In this document: one piece after another, positions 48,860 to 57,334 of the stretch
Layout: each line of letters starts with the position of its first letter
Position numbering within the stretch: position 1 is the stretch's first letter
DNA from: Rhodothermaceae bacterium
Lineage (GTDB): Bacteria > Bacteroidota > Rhodothermia > Rhodothermales > Bin80
Reading direction: 5' to 3'
Assembly (NCBI GenBank): GCA_009841335.1
Contig: VXLY01000111.1
Location: forward strand, 1,737-65,736
DNA: 64,000 nt
Made by a program: the position numbers and the translations under genes
Notes under the pieces: generated by a model
Seen by the model: only the letters and a program-made list of their open reading frames with translations
Database searches by the model: none
Told to the model about the DNA's origin: nothing

Positions 48860-49633
48860 TTAGTCTGTACGGACTGAAGTAGCATTGTGTCTGTGTAGTA
48901 AGTCATCTGCTCCCAGGATCCATACACTGGGAACACCCGAAGCAAGCGCGTCACGCGCGATTCTCAGTTTTACCATCATTCCTCCGGTGATCCAGCCTTG
49001 GTCGATACCGGCAGCCTCGTCGGTAGGCGAACACGTTCGAAGTATTGACTCTGGGTCAGCGGGGTCCTGTAGTACTCCGCCGGTATCTGTTACAAGTAAT
49101 AACTCCTCCGCTTGTGTGGCAATAGCTAGTGCCCCCGCCACTGTATCTGCATTGACGTTGTATCGTTGCCCAGATGCGTCAACGCCGAGTGGAGCTATGA
49201 TCGGAACGAATCCCGCATCGGACACGGTCTCAATCAGGGTTGTGTCTATTGACACTATCTCGCCGACCCATCCAAAGTCGACCATTTCATCGTCAATCAG
49301 CCATGGTTCACGCCGGCGAACATTTAGTATGGAACCATCCACTCCGCTGAGCCCAACTGTTTTAAGTTCACGAGCATTTGCCTCTGCAACCAGCCGTACA
49401 TTAATGGCACCCCGCATGGTCCACTCAGCAATATTTAGGTCCAGATCTCCGGTTACCCGCCGTCCGTTAATGATCCGAGGTGAATGCCCCAAGCGGTTTG
49501 CTAGGATGGAAGACTGTACACCGCCTCCATGGATAATTATGGGCGGACGTTTAATCAATTTGAGCTGATCCCAAAAAGGGTCCAGGTGATCGAGTGTACC
49601 GCCACCAATTTTGATGACGACTGGAGCTCTCAT
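48860..49633 (-). CDS. argB: Acetylglutamate kinase family (N-acylglutamate kinase)
   Basis: VIKIGG...IIIHGGG...NVNADT amino-acid-kinase motifs. Arg operon context. Confidence 0.9.
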   Translation of the reverse strand: MRAPVVIKIGGGTLDHLDPFWDQLKLIKRPPIIIHGGGVQSSILANRLGHSPRIINGRRVTGDLDLNIAEWTMRGAINVRLVAEANARELKTVGLSGVDGSILNVRRREPWLIDDEMVDFGWVGEIVSIDTTLIETVSDAGFVPIIAPLGVDASGQRYNVNADTVAGALAIATQAEELLLVTDTGGVLQDPADPESILRTCSPTDEAAGIDQGWITGGMMVKLRIARDALASGVPSVWILGADDLLHRHNATSVRTD

Positions 49634-50652
49634 AGCAGGTTCCAGGCTCGTTCCAGGATGGCCATTTGTGCGTGCAGCCTAAATTCTGCCTGCAGCAAAT
49701 GAATTGCCTGTGAACTATTAAGTACCGCATCATCAACTACAACCCCGCGGCGCGCGGGCAAACAGTGTAAAAAAACAGCTTTTCCTAGATGCCGTTTGCG
49801 TATCCGCCAGTCCTGGTAGTGATTCCTTAATCCAGCTTCTGCATTAGGATTATCATACCTCATGTTACTACTCCAGGCTTTTGCGTATATCACATCAGCA
49901 CCTTTGCAAGCGACATCCTGATGGTCTGTCTGGGCTATCGACGTTCCATTCTGTGAGGCATATGAGTTGGCAAGTTTCATGATCTCAGGAGTCAGTTCAA
50001 ATCCCTTTGGTCGTGCGATGGTCACTTGCATACCTAGTCGGGCTGCCATCAGAAGGGCGGAGTTGGGAACAGCTTGAGGTAGTGCACGCGGATGCCAGGC
50101 CCATGAAAGGACAAAGCGGCGACCCTTCACCTCATCTCTGAAGTGTTCGTAAATGGTCGCAGCATCAGCCAAGGCTTGGCAGGGGTGATAAAGCGCGGAT
50201 TCCAGGTTGATTACCGGGACAGTAGCGGTTTCCAGAATTTTCTTGAACCGTGACTCGTTCTGATCAAGTGCGTAGTCTGTCCCCGTGGCAAACAAACGAA
50301 CTCCTAAGGCATCATAATACCGCGACAGTACGCCGATCGCCTCCCTAATATGCTCGACGGCCTTACCGTCCATCCGGACACCATCCCTCCATTCCATACC
50401 CCATACGCCAGATCCTGGGATGATGGTTGAGGCGTGAGCACCAAGTCGAGCGGCGGCCACTTCCATGGAAGTGCGTGTACGAAGGGAGGAGTTGAAAAAG
50501 ACAAGTCCGATGCTGCGAAAAGCATCTGGCCTTGGTGGCGGGCTTGGATTCCTATAGTGATATCTCGTACGACTCAACTGCTCGTCCCACGTCGAGTCAC
50601 TTTCAACGTGCCAGTCAAACAGGTGCTTTAGCTTGGGGTCAGGTTTGTACAT
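49630..50652 (-). CDS. argF: N-acyl-L-ornithine carbamoyltransferase (ArgF' type, acetyl- or succinyl-ornithine specific)
   Basis: FFNSSLRTRTS, HPCQALAD and HCLPARRG. Aligns along its length with my recollection of the Xanthomonas AOTCase and Bacteroides SOTCase sequences rather than with classical OTCase. Confidence 0.85.
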   Translation of the reverse strand: MYKPDPKLKHLFDWHVESDSTWDEQLSRTRYHYRNPSPPPRPDAFRSIGLVFFNSSLRTRTSMEVAAARLGAHASTIIPGSGVWGMEWRDGVRMDGKAVEHIREAIGVLSRYYDALGVRLFATGTDYALDQNESRFKKILETATVPVINLESALYHPCQALADAATIYEHFRDEVKGRRFVLSWAWHPRALPQAVPNSALLMAARLGMQVTIARPKGFELTPEIMKLANSYASQNGTSIAQTDHQDVACKGADVIYAKAWSSNMRYDNPNAEAGLRNHYQDWRIRKRHLGKAVFLHCLPARRGVVVDDAVLNSSQAIHLLQAEFRLHAQMAILERAWNLL

Positions 50653-51808
50653 CTTCCACTACATTTCTAAAAGCTTCGGCAAATTCGGCAATTTGTTCTG
50701 CACCTGCAATCAACGGGGGCATGAGGCGCATCACATGAGGATCCGCACTGCTCCCAGCCAACACACCGTGCTCACGGAGAGCGGGCAAGATAGTGCTCAC
50801 CTTGGGTTTAATCCGTACACCAATCAGGCAACCATGCCCTCGCATCTCTAAAGCGAATGGTTGTAAGGCGTCCTTGATGGCGTCAAATATTATTGGGGCC
50901 CTATTCATGAGATTATCCTCACGAATAGACTGGAGCGTAGCCTCAACTGCACTCATGGCAATCATTCCTCCACCAAATGTCGATCCCTGATCACCAAATT
51001 GGATTTCATCCGAAAGAGTTTCACTCAACAATGTCGCACCTACTGGAATACCGGACCCTAAGCTCTTGGCGAGCGTGATCATATCCGGCACAATGCCGAA
51101 TTGCTCGCTTATACTGAAGGTGCCTGTGCGCCCAACACCAGTTTGCACTTCATCAAAAATCAACAGCGTAGAGGTGCTGTCACATAGTTTTCGTAGTCCT
51201 TGGAAGTATTCCACAGGGGCACTCACCATTCCTGCAATACTCTGAACAGGTTCAATGAGTACAGCTGCTATATCGTTGTTGCGGGTCAAAAACGATCCTG
51301 CAGCAGCCAAATCTCCAATTGGCAGAAAATGGGAATTTGCCAGGACTTCTTTGAAAGGAGCTCTGTAGCCTGGATTCCAGGCAGTAGCCAGGCTTCCAAG
51401 GGTGCGCCCGTGGAAGGCGCCAATCATAGAAACCACCTCACTTCGACCAGTGGATTTGCGGGCAATCTTCAAGGCTGTTTCTATTGCCTCCGTGCCCGAG
51501 TTGCAAAAAAATATCCGCTTAAGCGGGGCCATTTCTGCGAGGAGCCGGGCTGCGCGTGCGCGAACATCGCTATAAACAACATTTGAGTAGAATAGTAGTC
51601 GATCACTTTGCTGTTTTATCGCGTCAACTACCCTAGGTGGACAATGGCCGAGCGGCGTAACGCAGTGACCGCCGTAGAAGTCCAGATATCGCTTCCCGTC
51701 ACTATCCCATACATAACACCCGTCACCGCGTACGAGTGCGACGGGCATCTTCTTGTAGGTCGGGATGAGAAATGTATCCTCATCACGTAAAATTGCTTGC
51801 GTATTCAC
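50639..51808 (-). CDS. argD: Acetyl/succinyl-ornithine aminotransferase (class III PLP aminotransferase)
   Basis: CNSGTEA, FDEVQTGVGRTG, LAKSLG (PLP lysine). Arg operon context. Confidence 0.9.
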   Translation of the reverse strand: MNTQAILRDEDTFLIPTYKKMPVALVRGDGCYVWDSDGKRYLDFYGGHCVTPLGHCPPRVVDAIKQQSDRLLFYSNVVYSDVRARAARLLAEMAPLKRIFFCNSGTEAIETALKIARKSTGRSEVVSMIGAFHGRTLGSLATAWNPGYRAPFKEVLANSHFLPIGDLAAAGSFLTRNNDIAAVLIEPVQSIAGMVSAPVEYFQGLRKLCDSTSTLLIFDEVQTGVGRTGTFSISEQFGIVPDMITLAKSLGSGIPVGATLLSETLSDEIQFGDQGSTFGGGMIAMSAVEATLQSIREDNLMNRAPIIFDAIKDALQPFALEMRGHGCLIGVRIKPKVSTILPALREHGVLAGSSADPHVMRLMPPLIAGAEQIAEFAEAFRNVVEDVQT

Positions 51809-52809
51809 TAACTATTAGCCTCCGGGACCAGGCCCGTTTCGTTTGGCCAATTCATTAAAAGATTCATATTTTGTATCGCTTGAGAAGCGGCACCTCGGAG
51901 CATATTATCAAGCGCAAATCCAATCACGAGATGCTCCCCACGCACGATCCATCCTATATCACAGTACGGTGACCCAACGACATACCGTAATTCCGGGAGC
52001 GCATCCGGCCAAAGCCGAATGAGATTGTGATCCCCGTAGGCCTCACTGAACCATCCCGCGATCTCAGCTCTCGATGCAGGTGATTTTAGCTGGACAGTGC
52101 CCCAAATTCCGCGTGTCCATGGCCCAGAAACAGGTACCATTGCCAAGGATATGCCAGGGTTCAAAAACTGAGAGATTTCAAACAAGTGCTGATGATTCAG
52201 CACTTTGTAGGCACGGACATTGCCATCTCTATCAGGAAAATGAGTTGTTGGCTTAGGGCGAATACCTGAGCCGGAGGCCCCCGTAATTGCCGTGATTGAA
52301 GCATTAATCCCCGTACAATTTAGATGCAAAGGCCAAACGGACAGGAGCATACCGGTTGAAAAACAACCTGGATTTGCTATATAGCGTGTAGGGTAGGGGG
52401 CAAAGAGTTCCGGCTGTCCGTAGGAAAATTTCTGGATCAGTTCGGGTACTGGATGTTCTACCTTGAAGAGAGCTTCATAGGTACCTACATTCGAAAACCT
52501 GAAGTCAGAACTCATGTCAATAATATCTCCTGCATATCCCCCGTCAAGTAAGCTCTTTACACTTGCAGCTCCTTTTCCGTGCTCCGCAGCAACAAACACA
52601 ACGTCGAACGAAGTATGGTCGAGTTCTGTTGGGTCAGTGAAGTGGAGGTTATGCTGTCCTCGCAACGCTGGATGCGGGGTATCCAGTGGGGCTCCGGCAT
52701 AGGTCCTGCTTGTCACACAAGCAAGTGATGCACGAGGGTGTTTTAGAAGCAGGTGGATCAATTCACGGCCGACATATCCACCGCCATGCAAGATAGCCGT
52801 ACGTATCAT
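51808..52809 (-). CDS. argC: N-acyl-gamma-glutamyl-phosphate reductase
   Basis: Active-site NPGCFSTG. N-terminal Rossmann GGGYVGRELI. Confidence 0.9.
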   Translation of the reverse strand: MIRTAILHGGGYVGRELIHLLLKHPRASLACVTSRTYAGAPLDTPHPALRGQHNLHFTDPTELDHTSFDVVFVAAEHGKGAASVKSLLDGGYAGDIIDMSSDFRFSNVGTYEALFKVEHPVPELIQKFSYGQPELFAPYPTRYIANPGCFSTGMLLSVWPLHLNCTGINASITAITGASGSGIRPKPTTHFPDRDGNVRAYKVLNHQHLFEISQFLNPGISLAMVPVSGPWTRGIWGTVQLKSPASRAEIAGWFSEAYGDHNLIRLWPDALPELRYVVGSPYCDIGWIVRGEHLVIGFALDNMLRGAASQAIQNMNLLMNWPNETGLVPEANS

Positions 52810-53996
52810 TGTTTCGAGCGCGCCTTGTGTGCTAGATAAGCCTGGAGTCCGTTGAGCATGCAGAAGCTGCGAGCATCACGTCCATCCCAGAGAGCAGTTT
52901 CTTCACCATAGGTTGCAATTCCAGTATCAAACATTGAATACGGACTCTTGCAACCCTGCACGGCAATCATCCCTTTACAGAGTCGTACGGAAACGGAACC
53001 TGTGACAACGTGCTGAGAAGATATCAGAAAAGCCTCAATATCTCGCATGACAGGATCAAAGTGTTGGCCTTCGTGGAGAAGCATTCCATAAAAATCACTC
53101 AGTTGATCCTTATGATACCGCTGCCATTTGGTGAGTACTAATTTTTCCAGTTCTCTGTGTGCAGTAATCAGAATGAGCGGAGCGGGAGCCTCAAAACCTA
53201 TCCGTCCTTTGAGTCCCAGAATAGTATCTCCCACGTGAATATCTCGGCCAATTCCGTGATTTGCACCAATAGTAGCAAGTTCAGTAATCAATTGGACGGG
53301 CTCCATGGTATGCCCATCGAGCGCTGTGGGTAATCCCTCTTCAAATTGAATATGTAATGTGATTCCTGAGTTAGGGGCTTTACTTGGGGGCACAGTATTC
53401 GGGTATGCTTCATCCGGTAATGGATCAATGGTGTCCAGGGTTTCCCGGCCACCGATGGTTATTCCCCAAAGTCCATCATTGATTGAGTATTGGGTGGTTT
53501 TTTCGGGCACGGAGAAACCGCGTTCATGGAGAAACGCAGTGGTATACTGGCGAGTGAGGCCTTCGTCACGAATAGGCGTGATGAGATCCATATCATCGGC
53601 CAGTAACTGGATTACGGAATCAAACCTGAATTGGTCATTTCCGGCCCCTGTCGAGCCATGTGCAATTGCACGCGCACCAATCTGACGAGCAATCCTGACA
53701 ACCTCACGGGCCTGCACTACACGTTCCGCACCAACACAGAGCGGATAGACACCTCCACGCAAGACATTGCCCATGATCAGGAATTTTAGATGATCCTCGT
53801 ATAGGGCCGTGCGGGCATCAATGTGAAAATGCTCTTTTGCTCCCAATTCTCTTGAGCAAGCCTGGAGGACCTCTTTCTCCACAGAGGCACCTGTATCCAC
53901 AGTTACTGTGAATACCTCTTCAGTATATTTCTCACGCAGGTACGGCACACAAAAAGATGTGTCCAGCCCGCCACTGAATGCCAGCACGATTGCCAT
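52806..53996 (-). CDS. argG: Argininosuccinate synthase
   Basis: AFSGGLDTS ATP-pyrophosphatase motif and GSTGAGNDQFRF. The ORF extends to 54053, but the ATG at 53996 (MAIVLAFSGGLDTS) fits the family N-terminus. Confidence 0.93.
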   Translation of the reverse strand: MAIVLAFSGGLDTSFCVPYLREKYTEEVFTVTVDTGASVEKEVLQACSRELGAKEHFHIDARTALYEDHLKFLIMGNVLRGGVYPLCVGAERVVQAREVVRIARQIGARAIAHGSTGAGNDQFRFDSVIQLLADDMDLITPIRDEGLTRQYTTAFLHERGFSVPEKTTQYSINDGLWGITIGGRETLDTIDPLPDEAYPNTVPPSKAPNSGITLHIQFEEGLPTALDGHTMEPVQLITELATIGANHGIGRDIHVGDTILGLKGRIGFEAPAPLILITAHRELEKLVLTKWQRYHKDQLSDFYGMLLHEGQHFDPVMRDIEAFLISSQHVVTGSVSVRLCKGMIAVQGCKSPYSMFDTGIATYGEETALWDGRDARSFCMLNGLQAYLAHKARSKQ

Positions 53997-54404
53997 CTTA
54001 CCAACTATGGAACAACCGCCTTTCAACGCATGCATGCAATCTTGGATCACCAAACTGATCTATCGGGTCGGGAATAGATGTTTATTGCGTGGTGTAAGTT
54101 GGGGAATGTAGCAGAAGAGGATAATATTGTTTAACCGAAATTTTAAATTCGAGACCGATCGTTTTTGGAACAGGATGCTGACAGTTTTGCGTAATATGGA
54201 ACGTTTATATTTGCCATCAGCACCCGGCATTGGTGAAGCTGTTCGGCGAGGAGCGTTCACTTGCTGACTCCAAGGGCCCGTAAATTCAGTTTGAGTTTCA
54301 ACTACGATGGATTACCCCACAGGCTAAATTGGGTTAGATGAGTGCGGACTGAACTGTAGGAGAGGGCTGATTTCCTCATCTCTGACTGACATTTCGTTGC
54401 CACC

Positions 54405-56642
54405 TTGATGTCTTGCAAAGCAGTTGTAAAGAAAGCTATCTGGGCTACCCTTTTCTTGAATGGAGGGATATGGACACATTCGTTCGGAATTCATCAAGAC
54501 AGTTTTAATGGGGGGCAAGAGCAATACGTAGTTTTTGGTCCGTCGTATGACATGCGAATTAGTGCAGAAAATTTCTCATTTTCCATTTGGAAAGATGGAA
54601 ACCGTATTGTTCCGGAGCATGCACGGTCTGGCATTTTCCTTTCGGGAAGCCCAATTGTCTCATCAGAGAGGACTGGGGCAATTGGTAATTCGGAAAGGCA
54701 TTTTCTGATCACCAATGCACGAGGCGAGCAGGCTCAAGTTTCGGTCTCCCTGGAAGAGAATATAGTATCTGTCTCAGTCCTGCCGCTCCTACCGTCAAAG
54801 ACGGACATCTCACTAGCTCTAGGGGGCATGTCAAATGCTCACGGTTTGGGAGACGCAGCTGCATTCAATGAGTCTTTTAATATTGTTGACAACAAACAAG
54901 ATGTGTATCTGATACAAAATGACGGTGCAGGAAGGCGCTGGGTGAGCACGTTCGCAGTTTTTCCTCAGAATGAGATAGCGGGAGTCTTTTTTGGTAAAAG
55001 CAAAAAGACAGTTAAAATTGATGAAGATGAATACCTGATGACGGTCACGAAACAAGGCGAAGCCACGTTCTATTACTTTCTGGGAGATCCGAAGACCATC
55101 TATTCCAACTACAAGAAAGTCCGGGAAGACCAAGGGTATCAAGATGTAAAGCCAAAATTTCGATTGTTCGAGGTAGGCTGGGAATCTTGGGATGCTCTTG
55201 GGTGGAACACCAATCAATTTACGGTTCAGGAAATCCTGCAGAAATTCCATGATAATGGATATCCAATCCGATGGGCGGTCACTGGATCTGGGTTTTGGGT
55301 TGAGGGAGGTACGACTACAAGTTTCGGGAAATGGGGAGAAGAATTCCCAGATGCCTCCGCGCTAAAGGAATGGATGCACTCCAGAGATATTTATTGGATG
55401 ATCGGTTTGCGGACAAACTTCATCCCAGAGGAAGGGCCGTATTATCCTGAAACCAGCGAGCGTGACAGAAATCTGGATGTCAGGTCGTTTATTGGAGATA
55501 AGCTGACCTCCGAGGCGAAAGACAAAGGGTTTTTGGTATTGACGGGCGAAGGTGATGTCATGAATACTACCTCGGACATTTTTCCTATCGTTCCGAGCAA
55601 CTTGTTGAACGGTAATGCTCCAGGTGCCGCACAATGGTTCCAGCGACAGTATTCGAAATGGGAGATTGATGGAATTAAAGAAGATACCATGATGGATATT
55701 GACACCTTAACATATATCTACAATCATCCAATTTCCGAAATCGCAAATCAAGGCGGACATGTGATTGCCCGAAATGGTGAATTCGTGTCTCCGGGTACTC
55801 TATTGCGAATCAATGATACGACCGTTGATGAGTTAGGAGGGAGAATACCCATCAACTATATGCAGTACGCAGCTTCGGGTTTTCCGAATGTCTACTCGGA
55901 TGTCGCGGGGACCCACAATATGCATAACCTGGCAGACATTGACAAGAATATTCGGCATGCTTGGTTACTCTCACTGACATCTGGATTTTCTGTTGGTACT
56001 TTTCCAGACATGTGGCCCGAAGAGAAAAAGGAGATATTTAGGGGTGTCTCGAGATTCCATTTTCAGATAGCTCCTTACATGTACAGCGAGGCATTGAAAG
56101 GATATCAATCTGGCTATCCCACTACACTGACCCCCTTAAGTATTGCTTTCCCAGACGATCAGAGTGCTGTAGATCATAGCAATTATCAGTGGATGATAGG
56201 AGAATCCTTAATGGCGACTCCTTTATTGAAGAACATCATATCAGGTACAATGGACGTATATCTTCCTGAAGGGGACTGGTACCATTGTGGTAGCGGTAAA
56301 AGATATGAAGGGCCTCTCACCTTGAAGGAGTTTGAAACACCTCTGGATGCTCCTCCTTGCTTTATAGGAGGCCAAGGAATAATCGTGCTGAGGGAAGCAG
56401 ATGGTTTGCCATTGAAGGCCAGAGTATACCCTGTTTCCAGAAGGAAAACTTCATTTTCTTTCAACTACCCTGACGGGGTAGCCCAGACTTTGATCAGCTA
56501 CCAGAAGTGGGATAATAATGCAGAATTGGTTGTGATTGATCAAACTCTTGGCGCGGAGATTCCATTTGAAGTAGATGCAGCAAGTGGTAGCATTAGTTTT
56601 GATATCGAGCCTAATCATAATTACGATATAGTAGAACAATAG
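54405..56642 (+). CDS. Glycoside hydrolase family 31-like enzyme
   Basis: 745 aa. WEIDGIKEDTMMD resembles the GH31 nucleophile region (compare YicI ..FKTDFGE). Upstream of the SusC/SusD pair. TTG/ATG start at 54405/54408. No clear signal peptide. Confidence 0.7.
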   Translation: MMSCKAVVKKAIWATLFLNGGIWTHSFGIHQDSFNGGQEQYVVFGPSYDMRISAENFSFSIWKDGNRIVPEHARSGIFLSGSPIVSSERTGAIGNSERHFLITNARGEQAQVSVSLEENIVSVSVLPLLPSKTDISLALGGMSNAHGLGDAAAFNESFNIVDNKQDVYLIQNDGAGRRWVSTFAVFPQNEIAGVFFGKSKKTVKIDEDEYLMTVTKQGEATFYYFLGDPKTIYSNYKKVREDQGYQDVKPKFRLFEVGWESWDALGWNTNQFTVQEILQKFHDNGYPIRWAVTGSGFWVEGGTTTSFGKWGEEFPDASALKEWMHSRDIYWMIGLRTNFIPEEGPYYPETSERDRNLDVRSFIGDKLTSEAKDKGFLVLTGEGDVMNTTSDIFPIVPSNLLNGNAPGAAQWFQRQYSKWEIDGIKEDTMMDIDTLTYIYNHPISEIANQGGHVIARNGEFVSPGTLLRINDTTVDELGGRIPINYMQYAASGFPNVYSDVAGTHNMHNLADIDKNIRHAWLLSLTSGFSVGTFPDMWPEEKKEIFRGVSRFHFQIAPYMYSEALKGYQSGYPTTLTPLSIAFPDDQSAVDHSNYQWMIGESLMATPLLKNIISGTMDVYLPEGDWYHCGSGKRYEGPLTLKEFETPLDAPPCFIGGQGIIVLREADGLPLKARVYPVSRRKTSFSFNYPDGVAQTLISYQKWDNNAELVVIDQTLGAEIPFEVDAASGSISFDIEPNHNYDIVEQ

Positions 56643-57334
56643 GGTGGGGCGAGTTATTCGTCCTGCTTGATGTGGTGTGCCGAACCTAACGAGGCAAGAT
56701 CAGTTCTGCAATACGAATTATGAAAGTGGTTCCGTTATTTGTAGGAATATTGAATGGGTGGTAGCTATGTGGGTTTGAACGTTCTCTGTAAGCACTCAGG
56801 ATAAGATGCACCGGCTTGTGTAATCCACTTCCTTTCTCCTTGGTGGATCACTTTGTGGCAATCTGAGGTGGCTAATAGGGGTATTTAAGGCCGCTACTTT
56901 TTCGGCGAAATGCTCCTCATCGGATTAACGATCCACCAGGGGCACCCAACCAACAATGTTTGCCAAATGGTTGAGGATACCAGCAGTTGTGATTAGAGTG
57001 GCTTCCACACCAATGGACCAACTAGCAGGTCGTATTTTAATTCGTGAATTATCTGGAATTATAGTCTTCGTCTTAGCTTCCCCAACTTTGGCGGATTCAT
57101 CTAGGAGCTTGCGGTATTCTTATCCTGACCAGGTAAATCGGGATTCCGCTTCACAACTCTGGATTTTGGTCTATGCCATTGGTGTAGGGTAAAATCTGAA
57201 ACAATTTGAATTACGTTGGTGTTGACCCCGACAGCCGGAAATCTATTTGTGGGTTTAGCTATCCAAAGACCTTCAAGTGGTATCTCCGCACATGATTTAG
57301 CTCGCAATTCTTTCATAATCAAACCGCAACAATC

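Noticed and set aside
48885-49568. 227-aa ORF antisense to argB
   Set aside because: Its Ser/Pro/Thr/Ala-rich translation is typical of the reverse frame of a GC-rich gene. The argB frame carries clear amino-acid-kinase motifs.
56956-57192. 78-aa ORF, and the minus-strand ORF at 57101..57343, in the gap upstream of the SusC-like gene
   Set aside because: No family resemblance. The two overlap each other on opposite strands. Their lengths are close to what is expected by chance at this GC content.
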